A DNA stretch of 32,000 nucleotides from Pseudoalteromonas translucida KMM 520 (GCF_001465295.1 NZ_CP011034.1:3120001-3152000), one strand, 5' to 3'; positions 16,732-30,802 are shown, counted from the stretch's first letter. Notes: a model not told the origin generated them from the letters alone. Numbers and translations are program-made.

Positions 16732-16735
16732 ATTC

Positions 16736-18148
16736 TTACGGCTTAAAATCTTCCATTTTTAAGTAATTCTCTATCCCTTTAATTTTATCCGCCGCATGAT
16801 GGTTTACATAAATTACTGTGCTACTGCCTGCTGCACATATTTTTTCAATCAATAATAGTACTCGCTGTCGGTTTGCCTCATCTAACCCTAAACAGGGCTC
16901 GTCTAAAATAAGCAAGGTTGGGTGCTTAACCATAGCGCGAGCAATAAGTAATAACCGCTGATCGCCATACGATAACTGAGTAAACGAGGTATTATATTGC
17001 TCGTCCAAACCTATTAACGCGAGCCATTGTTTGCCAATATTAATTTGTGTGTCACTTGGGGTTTGATACAAACCTATACTGTCGTAAAAGCCAGAAATAA
17101 TAGTATTTAATGCCGATATACTTACCCTATAATCCATGTGTAGCGCATTCGATATAAAGCCAATATGTTGCTTTATATCCCAAATACTCTCCCCTGTGCC
17201 GCGCTTAAAGCCAAACACTTCAATATTGTTGCTATAACACTGCGGATTATCGCCAGTAATTAAGTTTAATAAACAGGTTTTACCTGAGCCATTTTTACCA
17301 CTTAGCTGCCAGTGCTGATGTTTATTAATAGTCCAATCAAGCCCTGTAAAAATACTCAAACCACTATAACTTACGCTTGCTTGGCTTAGCTTTACCAAAG
17401 TATTACCCGTAAACACTCCTTGAACTTGTGCGCTATCTCGCTCTGGAATATTCAGTTGGCTGTGCTCTAAGTGCAGTAACTTGAGTAAGTCGGCTATTTG
17501 CTCTGCATTTGGGTGTGCTAAAACATGCTGTAAACATCCTTGATTTACATAACCATAATGACTAATAAAAGAGGGGATTTCGTCTACACGATTCACTACA
17601 AACACAAAACTAATATACTCACTTAGCTGCGCCAAAATCATATTAAGCGCAGCACTCGACTCTACATCAAGCCCGTCAAAGGGCTCATCAAGCACCACTA
17701 AATTAGGACGCGAACTCAGCGCTTTAATTAATAATAACTTTCGCGTTTCTCCGGTTGAAAGCTCCCTAAAATGACGCTCTAGTAATTTTTCAAAGTCTAA
17801 TATATTAATTAAACGCTGCGCCAACTCAGTATCATAATTGGCTGTACCCAGTAACAGCTCTTTCACTGAGCTTTGTTTGTCATTTTTTAGTTCTTTATTA
17901 ATAAGCTGTTTTTGCGCATCAGATGAAACTAATTGCACAGTATCTATATTGCAACGGCGCTCACCACTACTGTGTTTAGCTTCGCCAGCTAACGCAGCAG
18001 TAATAGCCGACTTACCGGCACCATTAGCGCCAAGTAACAACCAATGCTCGCCTTGGTTAACCTGCCAACTTAGGTTATTAATATGATAGCGACTTTGCCC
18101 TTGGCTTAGTAAATAGCCACTAAATGCTTGAAGCTGAATTGACTGCAC
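16736..18148 (-). CDS. modF: ModF-like ABC ATPase with two nucleotide-binding domains and no membrane domain
   Basis: 470 aa with two Walker A motifs (GANGAGKSA, GKNGSGKTC), two signatures (LSTGETRK, LSYGDQRL) and two Walker B motifs (LVVLDEPFDGLD, LLILDEPCLGLD). Long stretches match E. coli ModF as I remember it (ITGD.PQ.YSN...GESIWDIK.HIG). Confidence 0.8.
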   Translation of the reverse strand: MQSIQLQAFSGYLLSQGQSRYHINNLSWQVNQGEHWLLLGANGAGKSAITAALAGEAKHSSGERRCNIDTVQLVSSDAQKQLINKELKNDKQSSVKELLLGTANYDTELAQRLINILDFEKLLERHFRELSTGETRKLLLIKALSSRPNLVVLDEPFDGLDVESSAALNMILAQLSEYISFVFVVNRVDEIPSFISHYGYVNQGCLQHVLAHPNAEQIADLLKLLHLEHSQLNIPERDSAQVQGVFTGNTLVKLSQASVSYSGLSIFTGLDWTINKHQHWQLSGKNGSGKTCLLNLITGDNPQCYSNNIEVFGFKRGTGESIWDIKQHIGFISNALHMDYRVSISALNTIISGFYDSIGLYQTPSDTQINIGKQWLALIGLDEQYNTSFTQLSYGDQRLLLIARAMVKHPTLLILDEPCLGLDEANRQRVLLLIEKICAAGSSTVIYVNHHAADKIKGIENYLKMEDFKP

Positions 18149-18260
18149 TGCTTACTCTTATTATTTATTCTACTTAATTTAAACTACCGCAAAGTTAAAC
18201 TTCGAAGCAACCGCTATTTTCTGCGCTGTAAATTATTTCAAGTAATAAACAGCAAGCAAT

Positions 18261-18288
18261 AAAAAGCCCAGCAACTTAGTGCTGGGCT
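18261..18288 (-). terminator. intrinsic terminator after cti
   Basis: The stem AGCCCAGC / GCTGGGCT (18265-18272 with 18281-18288) is followed on the minus strand by TTTTT. It begins 20 nt after the cti stop. Confidence 0.6.
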
Positions 18289-18307
18289 TTCGTTTAGTTC
18301 ATTAAAA

Positions 18308-20644
18308 CTAGCGATTTTCTAAGCGATTATAGTCAAACATACCGTATTCAACACCACGATACTGCTTAGCAGCCTGATGTAAAATATCGCTGTACTGCCA
18401 AAATTGTGGATGAGTACGGCGAATACCAAACTTAGATTTTAACGCACGATAATCAGCTTCAATTTGCATCAGTGGTAACTGCTCTGCAAATGCTGCAACT
18501 TGCTGTTGATTATTTAAATACCAAATAGCACTTGGATAATCACCTATAAAACCAGGGACTAGAGTGACAGTATCTTCTTCAAAAGCTCGCTGACCATCTT
18601 CGTTAAGTAAGCTAGAAATATTGTAATGCGCGTTATGATGAATAATAGTATACGCTTTATGGCTATTATCTGTTTGTTTAACCAATACATAAGACACTGG
18701 TGGCAATAAGTTAATTGCCTTAACTGGCATAGTATTAACACTTGCTAATGGCTCTGGTACGCTAGTGTAATCGTAATGCTCGCTAAGTACGGGCGATAAC
18801 GCCGTTTTAATTAAGCCATAAAGCTCATGTTGCGGATCATCCGTTTTATAAACTATTCCACTAGGCTGGCTAAACTCTTCGTTATTTTTAAAGAACTTAG
18901 ATAAGCTAGGTGGTGACTTACGATACCAACTACTTTTAATTTGCTCTCGTTTATCTTCAGGTAATAGACCAAGAAAGTTACCCTCCCCCTCTAAACGTAA
19001 AAAATCCATATATAAACGAGTAACCAGTTGGTGCCCTACATTGCCGTACACATCAAATCCAGCAACTAATAAGTAATGAATGCGCTCAAATAAAGCATAA
19101 TCAAGCACCCACATAGTTTTAGGCTCTTGACCAATTAAGCCTTTCACTACTGTGGCACTGTCTGAGTGACGAAACACAGTTAACGCTGCATTTTTATTAA
19201 CACCATCACCTTTCCATAATAAATTAGTGGTTAAGTGATCGCCATTTTTAAACAGCTCATTAGCCAACTCAACTTTAGCTTTTAAGTAACGTTTTTCGCG
19301 CACCGAATATTTAATCCAGCTTTTAATCGCTAATGCGTTACTTTCTTCAGCGGCAGGTAGCTCAAGCGCATCTTCGTGCTGAATCAGCATCTCGCCTACA
19401 GCAGGAGTAGCCACTTTTTTAGGATCAGCAAATGCAACCCAAAAATGATCATTTATGACGTTAAGTGCAATTTGCCCACGACAAACCGGCCCTTTAATAA
19501 AGCCCATAATTATTAACTCAGCTTCATCAAGCATAAACTGATATTTTGAGTCGATTGGAATCACTTCATAGGTTTTAAAAGGATTAGAGGCAGCCTTTGG
19601 CTCATAGCTTGGCATGCTCGCTACCGTATATTCAGGCTCTATAAACTGCTGATATAAACGCGTTAGCTTTTCATCATTTAATTTAAGTGGCAAATGTGTT
19701 TTTGATAAAATAGTTGAGCGTTCATGCATCATTCTATAGTAAACACGTTCAACATTAGGATCATCATAAGGACGACGTGTGCTAATGAGTTTAATTTCTT
19801 CACCGGGTGGTGTACTTGAGCGCACTAATTTAAAAAAGGTTTGCGTGTTTTGTGGAGTGAAATAGATATTTGCCAAAAACCAATGCTCGTAAATATAACG
19901 CGCAGAAAGCTGATACTTTAAACTATCTTGATTTAAAAATGCTTCCCAACGCTTAATTTGCTGTAGCTCGAACGCTGTTGGTGGTGCAATATTGGCCATT
20001 TTGCCGCCATTTTTCAGCCAATTTTGTAAGTGCTTAAACTCCTCACGCGATACGCCTGGTAAACCGTAAGGCATTCCAGCATGCGGTTGATCATCCGCTA
20101 ACCTATCAAACTCTCCCATAGTGGCACAGGTTTGCGAGCGACTTAACGAAAAATCAAACTCATCATCTAATACTTCATTAGCGGGTAGCGGAGCGCTTTG
20201 CTTTAACACTAAGCTATTAAATAACACACTGCCGGCTAAGTTTGCTTCTAAGCTTTGCTCGCGCTCATTTAACACTGGCGAAAAATTTTTATCTCGCCAT
20301 TGCTGAGTATTGTCAGCGTCAAATAACAAACGGCTCGGTGTAGTGGCTGATAAACGCATGCCATCATAAACCAGCTCTTTACTTAAACCTCGGTCAATCC
20401 CTTCGGGAGATGAAAGCTTAAGCTGACATGGCGCATCGTAGCAGCCGTGGCAAACTACACAGCGGGTATCAAGCACGGGCTTTACATTTTGTAAAAAATC
20501 AGCCCCCTCAATTGTACTATGTGAAACCATACGATCTTGTGTTTGCTCAGGGCCAAATAAATCATTGTAATGAGCATTACCTAAATATGCACAACCACTT
20601 AAAATAATCAGTATTAGCGTACTTATTACAACTTTTCTCATCAT
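18308..20644 (-). CDS. cti: fatty acid cis/trans isomerase (cytochrome c-type, Cti)
   Basis: 778 aa. It has the single heme-c motif CVVCHGCYDAPCQLKL near the N-terminus and the length expected of Cti. The N-terminus MMRKVVISTLILIILSGCAYLG has a lipobox (LSGC). Confidence 0.85.
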   Translation of the reverse strand: MMRKVVISTLILIILSGCAYLGNAHYNDLFGPEQTQDRMVSHSTIEGADFLQNVKPVLDTRCVVCHGCYDAPCQLKLSSPEGIDRGLSKELVYDGMRLSATTPSRLLFDADNTQQWRDKNFSPVLNEREQSLEANLAGSVLFNSLVLKQSAPLPANEVLDDEFDFSLSRSQTCATMGEFDRLADDQPHAGMPYGLPGVSREEFKHLQNWLKNGGKMANIAPPTAFELQQIKRWEAFLNQDSLKYQLSARYIYEHWFLANIYFTPQNTQTFFKLVRSSTPPGEEIKLISTRRPYDDPNVERVYYRMMHERSTILSKTHLPLKLNDEKLTRLYQQFIEPEYTVASMPSYEPKAASNPFKTYEVIPIDSKYQFMLDEAELIIMGFIKGPVCRGQIALNVINDHFWVAFADPKKVATPAVGEMLIQHEDALELPAAEESNALAIKSWIKYSVREKRYLKAKVELANELFKNGDHLTTNLLWKGDGVNKNAALTVFRHSDSATVVKGLIGQEPKTMWVLDYALFERIHYLLVAGFDVYGNVGHQLVTRLYMDFLRLEGEGNFLGLLPEDKREQIKSSWYRKSPPSLSKFFKNNEEFSQPSGIVYKTDDPQHELYGLIKTALSPVLSEHYDYTSVPEPLASVNTMPVKAINLLPPVSYVLVKQTDNSHKAYTIIHHNAHYNISSLLNEDGQRAFEEDTVTLVPGFIGDYPSAIWYLNNQQQVAAFAEQLPLMQIEADYRALKSKFGIRRTHPQFWQYSDILHQAAKQYRGVEYGMFDYNRLENR

Positions 20645-21003
20645 TCGTCCTCATCGCCTAAATCAAACGTAGGCATCATATCCATTTGTGGAGAAACAAA
20701 AGTTTGTTGATCTGCTGTAATTAGTACTGCACTTAGTAATGGCCCGCGGGTTAAAGTTAATTGTGCATCATGCTGTTGCCCTGCAATACCTGCCAGCTCA
20801 GGATTAATTATAGTTAGCTGATAGCTCACAACACTAATTGCAATACTGCTATCTTCACTAGGGTTTTGACATAGTTGAGTCAGTAATTCGTCATCTAGTG
20901 GCAATGAAATTTCAAAGTCAGGCTGTTCTAAATCTCTGTCACTTAAAGTGTCATCAAAAAGAAATAAAGGAAGGGTTAAAGTGCTATCTTGTTCAAATTC
21001 CAT
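20641..21003 (-). CDS. hypothetical very acidic 120-aa protein, translationally coupled to cti
   Basis: The ORF has no family I recognise. It contains many D/E, only two R, no K, and no signal peptide. Its TGA overlaps the cti ATG (ATGA at 20641-20644). A GAGAGA SD lies 9 nt before its ATG. Confidence 0.55.
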   Translation of the reverse strand: MEFEQDSTLTLPLFLFDDTLSDRDLEQPDFEISLPLDDELLTQLCQNPSEDSSIAISVVSYQLTIINPELAGIAGQQHDAQLTLTRGPLLSAVLITADQQTFVSPQMDMMPTFDLGDEDE

Positions 21004-21047
21004 TGTGCTGATCTCTCAATACGGCTATACAGGCTATTTATAAAACG

Positions 21048-21056
21048 ATTATAGCA
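21048..21056 (-). promoter_or_regulatory. candidate extended -10 promoter (TGcTATAAT) for the acidic ORF-cti pair
   Basis: The minus strand reads TTTGCTATAATCG about 45 nt upstream of the ATG at 21003. No good -35 is present, which is consistent with an extended -10 type. Confidence 0.3.
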
Positions 21057-21242
21057 AATAATAAGATCAAAAATTAGCGAAAGTTATCAACAGTAACTAC
21101 GACTACATGCTGTATTTAGTGATAAAAAAAGAATAACTACATTATCAATTCAATCATACTCACAAGTTAGGTTTAATCTCATTCGCAGTATTGATATTAT
21201 TTGTAGCGTATTTATACCCAGATTTCACTTTCCTGCAGACGT

Positions 21243-21270
21243 AAAAAAGCCCGAATCGTTAGATTCGGGC
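21243..21270 (-). terminator. rrn operon terminator
   Basis: A 9-bp stem GCCCGAATC / GATTCGGGC with a 4-nt loop is followed on the minus strand by TTTTTT. It lies about 15 nt downstream of the 5S gene. Confidence 0.75.
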
Positions 21271-21284
21271 TTTCTACAATTAGG

Positions 21285-21402
21285 AGCCTGGCAATGTCCT
21301 ACTTTCACATAGCAAATGCTACACTATCATCGGCGCTGTTTCGTTTCACTACTGAGTTCGGCATGGGATCAGGTGGGTCCAAAACGCTATTGTTACCAAG
21401 CA
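21285..21402 (-). rRNA. rrf: 5S ribosomal RNA
   Basis: The reverse complement TGCTTGGTAACAATAGCG...CCCACCTGATCCCATGCCGAACTCAGTAGTGAAAC...TTGCCAGGCT is colinear with E. coli 5S. Ends are accurate to about 3 nt. Confidence 0.9.
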
Positions 21403-21547
21403 AATTAGGACGTTAATTCGTATTACTACAAATTAACTGAATTTGGAAAATATCTGATAATATTTTTTAAGTCGTTCTTCAGTAATATCTACTTTAGTTA
21501 TATTAACTTCTTGCTTGAACTGTCACATAAAACGCGTTTGGCGTTGT

Positions 21548-24436
<2,889 letters not shown>

Positions 24437-24640
24437 ATACAACCCAAACGGGTCTTTGTTGTGTGACAGTTTAACTTCGCCAGAAGTCAATATTGAATAC
24501 TAAAGTAGATACCAATCAATCAACTCATAAGAGTTAACTAAATGGCACTGAATGGTACTGCTACCATTCTTTTTTTTACTTTTGAAAACTCTTGATAAAT
24601 ACAATGTATCTATCAGAATTTTATTATCAGCTTTTCCAAA

Positions 24641-24653
24641 TTTTTAAAGAGCA
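24641..24653 (-). promoter_or_regulatory. spacer boxA antitermination element
   Basis: The minus strand reads TGCTCTTTAAAAA, against the E. coli boxA consensus TGCTCTTTAACAA. It lies between tRNA-Ala and 23S. Confidence 0.6.
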
Positions 24654-24742
24654 AGAGAAATAAAAACTTCTCAAAATTAAACACACTTCATTCTCAGGTC
24701 GTTTATGACCCGATAAAGAATATTTATTTTTAAGAAGTAAAG

Positions 24743-24818
24743 TGGTGGAGCTAAGCAGGATCGAACTGCTGACCTCCTGCGTGCAAGGCAGGCGCTCTCC
24801 CAGCTGAGCTATAGCCCC
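24743..24818 (-). tRNA. tRNA-Ala (anticodon UGC)
   Basis: The reverse complement is GGGGCTATAGCTCAGCTGGGAGAGCGCCTGCCTTGCACGCAGGAGGTCAGCAGTTCGATCCTGCTTAGCTCCACCA. It is nearly identical to E. coli alaT and has an encoded CCA. Confidence 0.95.
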
Positions 24819-24929
24819 ACATATGCTGGTCTTACTGTTTGTATACCGACTTTGCTTCCAGGCAAGGCGTGGGAAATCGACGTTTAGTTTACTAAACGAG
24901 ATATTCCATAACGATGTATGGGAGTAAAG

Positions 24930-25006
<77 letters not shown>

Positions 25007-25082
25007 AAACAATAAGTGTTGTTCTCTTTACAATTAACAATCATCTGTGTGGACACTACGAACAAATAAGTTCTAAATCGTA

Positions 25083-26618
<1,536 letters not shown>

Positions 26619-26882
26619 AAAAGTTTTATGTCTTTCGACAGCTCAATGAATTCTGAATTTTTTGTTTTTGTTGCCAAAAACGAATTGACTGTGCGTTATT
26701 ATTTTCACTTTTAAAAAAAGTAAAATCAAAACAGCTCAAGGCTGAATCTTTTAATAACATATGGTCACTCAGTTTCAATTGAGACTCTAATTTGTTTGCC
26801 TCGCTAATTACCCATAAAGAGTAAGCAGTTTGGCTGTTAGAACTCAATCTGTACGAGTGCCCACACAGATGATTGCTTTATA

Positions 26883-26894
26883 TTGTTAAAGAAC
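26883..26894 (-). promoter_or_regulatory. leader boxA antitermination element
   Basis: The minus strand reads GTTCTTTAACAA. It lies about 35 nt downstream of the P2 -10 hexamer and about 265 nt upstream of mature 16S. Confidence 0.6.
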
Positions 26895-26928
26895 GTTTTG
26901 AGTCGCTTTAGCGTCTCAAGGGATGCGT

Positions 26929-26956
26929 ATAATACATCCTTTATTTTTCGAGTCAA
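26929..26956 (-). promoter_or_regulatory. rrn promoter P2
   Basis: The minus strand reads TTGACT (26956-26951), a 16-nt spacer, then TATTAT (26934-26929), followed by the GC-rich discriminator ACGCATCCC. Confidence 0.6.
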
Positions 26957-27065
26957 CACTTTGTTTTAAACTTTCTTTCGACAATTTAAAACCGAAGTTT
27001 TATTTAACTCTCTAAGTAGTTCGTGCCTCGCTATGCGTTGGCGTTTCCCTTCTCAGTGGGGTCGC

Positions 27066-27093
27066 ATTATAGGGAGATCCGAAAACAGATCAA
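27066..27093 (-). promoter_or_regulatory. rrn promoter P1 with upstream A/T-rich UP-like region
   Basis: The minus strand reads TTGATC (27093-27088), a 16-nt spacer, then TATAAT (27071-27066), followed by the discriminator GCGACCCC. An A-tract (TTTAAAAAACAG) lies immediately upstream. Confidence 0.6.
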
Positions 27094-27227
27094 CTGTTTT
27101 TTAAAGAAAACTTGAAATAAACTGCTGTTCGCTGAGTATTTGAGCTAAACACGTTAAAAACACAACATAACTAGCAAACTATTAACAACTAAAGGTGTTT
27201 TTATACCTTCTCACTTTAAAAGTATGG

Positions 27228-27608
27228 TTAAACGATCTTTATATAAAGGCTAATGCCCCAGAGGATCACGACGATCGTCAATGCAAGTGTTACTGCAGCA
27301 GATCCCATATCTTTGGCTCTACCTGATAATACATGCCGCTCTGTGCTTACCCGATCGGTTAGGGCTTCAATTGCGGAGTTTAGTAATTCGACTATAAGCA
27401 TAATCAGTAGCGAACTAACAAGTAGTGCCCAATGAAGTAATGACGATGCTAACCAAAATGATACTGGTAATAAAATAAGGCACAGGAGTAGCTCTTGTCT
27501 AAATGCAACTTCTTCTTTAAATGCTGCTTTAAAGCCAAGGTACGAGCAATAACTAGCTTTAAAAATACGCTTGAGACCGAGGCCATTTGGTTTTAATACA
27601 TCTTTCAT
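27228..27608 (-). CDS. dgkA: diacylglycerol kinase (paralogue 2, in housekeeping context)
   Basis: 126 aa. VAFRQE, ELLNSAIEALTDR and LSGRAKDMGSAAV closely follow E. coli DgkA. Confidence 0.9.
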   Translation of the reverse strand: MKDVLKPNGLGLKRIFKASYCSYLGFKAAFKEEVAFRQELLLCLILLPVSFWLASSLLHWALLVSSLLIMLIVELLNSAIEALTDRVSTERHVLSGRAKDMGSAAVTLALTIVVILWGISLYIKIV

Positions 27609-27633
27609 TAATAAACCCTATGAATGAAGGTCA

Positions 27634-27657
27634 AAATAAAGCCCCGCATTGCGAGGC
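27634..27657 (-). terminator. intrinsic terminator after pyrE
   Basis: The minus strand reads GCCTCG-CAATG-CGGGGC (one G-U pair) followed by TTTATTTT. It starts directly after the pyrE stop. Confidence 0.55.
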
Positions 27658-27663
27658 TTTTAT

Positions 27664-28308
27664 TTACGCTACACCGTATTGGTCGCGGTAAGCTTTAACT
27701 GAAGCTAAATGTTCGTCCATCGTACCTTGAGCTTCAAGGTAGCTAATAAGATCTGCTAATTTTACAATAGAGATTACTTTAGTATTAAAGTCGCGTTCAA
27801 CTTCTTGAATCGCTGATAACTCGGCTTTACCTTTTTCTTGGCGATCTAATGCTATTAAAACGCCGCTTAGGTCTGCGCCATTCTCAGCAATTATTTCCAT
27901 CGACTCACGAATAGCAGTGCCGGCGGTAATTACATCATCTACTAGCATGATTTTACCTTTAAGTTCAGAGCCTACTAATGTGCCACCCTCACCGTGTGCT
28001 TTTTTCTCTTTACGATTAAAACAATAAGGTACATCTTTATTGTAATGATCTGCTAAAGCAACAGCGGTTGTCGTTGCAATAGGAATACCTTTATAAGCAG
28101 GACCAAATAATACATCGTACTCAATGGCTGCGTCTTCTAATGCTGCAGCGTAAAAACGGCCTAAGCGTGCTAAATCACGCCCTGTATTAAATAAGCCAGC
28201 ATTAAAAAAGTACGGGCTAGTGCGGCCCGACTTTAAAGTAAATTCACCAAACTTTAATACCTGTTTTTCTAAAGCGAATTCAATAAACTCTATTTGATAA
28301 TCTTTCAT
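27664..28308 (-). CDS. pyrE: orotate phosphoribosyltransferase
   Basis: 214 aa beginning [40 protein letters not shown]. The PRPP-binding motif is [13 protein letters not shown]. Confidence 0.95.
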   Translation of the reverse strand: MKDYQIEFIEFALEKQVLKFGEFTLKSGRTSPYFFNAGLFNTGRDLARLGRFYAAALEDAAIEYDVLFGPAYKGIPIATTTAVALADHYNKDVPYCFNRKEKKAHGEGGTLVGSELKGKIMLVDDVITAGTAIRESMEIIAENGADLSGVLIALDRQEKGKAELSAIQEVERDFNTKVISIVKLADLISYLEAQGTMDEHLASVKAYRDQYGVA

Positions 28309-28327
28309 GTACGGTGATCCTTTGCGT

Positions 28328-29041
28328 TTATGCTAATGCTTGTTTTTGTACGTCGATAATTTCACGAATAGAGTGCTTAGCTAATGTAAGTAACTCATCA
28401 AGTTCATCGAACGAAAACGGTTCACCTTCGGCTGTTCCTTGAATTTCGATAATTTTGCCGGTTTCGGTCAAAATTACATTCATATCGGTTTCTGCTGCTG
28501 AATCTTCTATGTACTCTAGATCGCTTATGGCTTGGCCTTTATAGATGCCTACCGAAATTGCTGCAATCATGTATTTAAGTGGGTTTGAATTAATCATCCC
28601 TTTAGCGCGCATATGCGTAAGTGCGTCAACTAATGCAACACAGGCACCACTAATAGATGCGGTACGTGTTCCGCCATCAGCTTGAATAACATCGCAATCA
28701 ATAGTAATCGTGTTTTCGCCAAGTGCTTTTAAATCAACAGCAGCACGAAGTGCACGCGCAATTAAGCGTTGAATTTCCATAGTACGACCGCCCTGCTTTC
28801 CACGCGCCGCTTCACGGGCATTACGAGTGTGCGTTGCACGCGGTAACATACCGTATTCTGCATTGATCCAACCTTTACCTTGGCCTTTCATAAAACGAGG
28901 TACACCCGATTCAACTGTGGCAGTACAAAGCACCTTGGTATTACCAAACTCAACAAGTACTGAGCCTTCTGCATGCAAAGTATAATTACGTGTAAATGTA
29001 ACAGGTCTAATTTGGTTAGCTGTTCTTTCGCTTGGACGCAT
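28328..29041 (-). CDS. rph: ribonuclease PH
   Basis: The track ORF is trimmed to [21 protein letters not shown]... (237 aa), which is colinear with E. coli RNase PH from its first residue. AAGGGG lies 7 nt upstream of this ATG. Confidence 0.95.
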   Translation of the reverse strand: MRPSERTANQIRPVTFTRNYTLHAEGSVLVEFGNTKVLCTATVESGVPRFMKGQGKGWINAEYGMLPRATHTRNAREAARGKQGGRTMEIQRLIARALRAAVDLKALGENTITIDCDVIQADGGTRTASISGACVALVDALTHMRAKGMINSNPLKYMIAAISVGIYKGQAISDLEYIEDSAAETDMNVILTETGKIIEIQGTAEGEPFSFDELDELLTLAKHSIREIIDVQKQALA

Positions 29042-29204
29042 TGACGATCCCCTTAATTCAGAATTTGCGACATTATAAGTGCATGTCGGTGTAGATGCCA
29101 TGCTGATTGTAAAATATTCAGTCTATTAAATTTTCCCTAGAGCTTAAGCAGTGTTACGGTATAATCATTGTAATATTGTATTTATTAATTTTAGGAAACT
29201 ATCC

Positions 29205-30065
29205 ATGATCCACAGTATGACTGCTTACGCGCGTCGCGAAATAAAAGGCGATTGGGGCACCGGCACTTGGGAAGTTCGTTCAGTGAACCAGCGCTACCTT
29301 GAAACATTTATTCGTGCACCAGAGCAATTTCGTGGCATGGAGCCAGTAATTCGTGAGCGCTTACGTAAACATTTACAACGCGGTAAAGTTGAAGTTTTCT
29401 TAAAGTTTGTAGCAAACCCTGCGCATATTGGCGAGCTATCAATTAATGAAGCACTTGCAGAGCAGCTAATAAATAGTGCTAAGTGGGTACAACAACACAG
29501 TGATGGTGACATTAACCCAGTTGATATACTACGCTGGCCTGGTGTTATGGAAGCACAAGAGCTTGATATGGATAGTGTGAATACTGCTCTTATTGCAGGC
29601 TTTGACCAAGTAGTAGAAGATTTTAAATCTGCACGTGGTGATGAAGGTGAAAACCTACAAGAGATGATAGCTACTCGCCTGGAAGCTATTTTAGAGCAAG
29701 TAGAGATTGTAGAAACGCACATGCCTGAAATTGCCAAATGGCAGCGCGAAAAGTTAGCGCAAAAACTCGAAGACTTAACAGCTAATATTGACGAATCACG
29801 CCTTGAACAAGAGCTTATTTATTTAGCACAAAAGCAAGATGTGGCTGAAGAATTAGATCGCTTAAAGTCGCATGTTAAAGAAACCAAAAAAATTCTTACA
29901 AAAGGCGGAGCATGTGGTCGCCGTTTAGACTTTATGATGCAAGAGTTTAACCGCGAAGCAAACACATTAGCATCTAAGTCTATCAATAGTGACATTACTA
30001 CTGCCGCTGTAGAGCTAAAAGTACTGATTGAACAAATGCGTGAGCAGATCCAGAATATTGAGTAA
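29205..30065 (+). CDS. yicC: YicC-family stress-induced protein (endoribonuclease YicC)
   Basis: The track ORF is trimmed to MIHSMTAYARREIKGDWGTGTWEVRSVNQRYLE (286 aa). It is nearly identical in the N-terminus to E. coli YicC. An AGGAAA SD lies upstream. It is divergent from rph, as in E. coli. Confidence 0.9.
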   Translation: MIHSMTAYARREIKGDWGTGTWEVRSVNQRYLETFIRAPEQFRGMEPVIRERLRKHLQRGKVEVFLKFVANPAHIGELSINEALAEQLINSAKWVQQHSDGDINPVDILRWPGVMEAQELDMDSVNTALIAGFDQVVEDFKSARGDEGENLQEMIATRLEAILEQVEIVETHMPEIAKWQREKLAQKLEDLTANIDESRLEQELIYLAQKQDVAEELDRLKSHVKETKKILTKGGACGRRLDFMMQEFNREANTLASKSINSDITTAAVELKVLIEQMREQIQNIE

Positions 30066-30130
30066 TACTTTAACGTTCAAGCCTTAAACTTGAGCACTAA
30101 GAGTTAATTAAAGTACAATAGTGTTATTAA

Positions 30131-30167
30131 AGGCTTGGTTTATTCATAACCCAAGCCTATTTATTTT
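30131..30167 (+). terminator. intrinsic terminator after yicC
   Basis: The stem AGGCTTGG / CCAAGCCT (30131-30138 with 30151-30158) is followed by TATTTATTTT. Confidence 0.5.
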
Positions 30168-30181
30168 AGATAGAGAAAAAC

Positions 30182-30802
30182 ATGGCTCAAACTCGCGGAA
30201 ACTTATTTATTTTATCGGCACCATCGGGGGCTGGTAAATCAAGCTTAATTAATGCGTTATTGAAAAAGCATACTGATATGAAGGTATCTGTATCACACAC
30301 GACTCGCGCTAAACGCCCTGGTGAAGAAAATGGTGTGCATTACCATTTTGTATCAACCGATGAATTTAAAGCACTCATAACTAAAGATGACTTTTTTGAA
30401 TGGGCGCAAGTGTTTGATAACTACTATGGCACATCAAAACAAGCTATTGAGTCGCAATTAGATGCTGGTATTGATGTGTTTTTAGATATTGATTGGCAAG
30501 GTGCGCAGCAAGTGCGTAAAATTATGCCTAGTGTACAAACTATTTTTATTTTACCGCCTTCAAAGGCAGAGCTAGAGCAACGTTTGAATAACCGCGGCCA
30601 AGACTCGCAAGAAATTATTGCTGGGCGTATGGCACAAGCGCAATCAGAAACATCACATTACAACGAATACGACTTTGTAATTGTTAATGATGACTTTGAT
30701 ACTGCACTAACCGACATAGAAACAATTGTTATGGCGCAGCGTTTAACATTAAAAATGCAAAGCGTTCGTCATCAAAGCTTACTAAATAGCTTACTTAAAT
30801 AA
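30182..30802 (+). CDS. gmk: guanylate kinase
   Basis: 206 aa with P-loop [11 protein letters not shown], plus [18 protein letters not shown] and the family-typical layout. Confidence 0.95.
   Translation: MAQTRGNLFILSAPSGAGKSSLINALLKKHTDMKVSVSHTTRAKRPGEENGVHYHFVSTDEFKALITKDDFFEWAQVFDNYYGTSKQAIESQLDAGIDVFLDIDWQGAQQVRKIMPSVQTIFILPPSKAELEQRLNNRGQDSQEIIAGRMAQAQSETSHYNEYDFVIVNDDFDTALTDIETIVMAQRLTLKMQSVRHQSLLNSLLK

Noticed and set aside
9240-16735. The idea that the eptA cluster is a mobile mcr-like cassette or genomic island
   Set aside because: I found no transposase, integrase, IS inverted repeats, flanking direct repeats or adjacent tRNA gene. The cluster sits between core genes with ordinary promoters and terminators. 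It looks chromosomal and intrinsic, though only comparative genomics can settle this.
16736-18148. Orphan ABC ATPase without a permease as a novel system
   Set aside because: It is colinear with ModF, which is known as a stand-alone double-NBD protein. The lack of neighbouring modABC is unremarkable.
29294-29737. 147-aa minus-strand ORF antisense to yicC
   Set aside because: It is nested opposite a highly conserved gene, and its Ser/Cys/Arg-rich product has no recognisable features.
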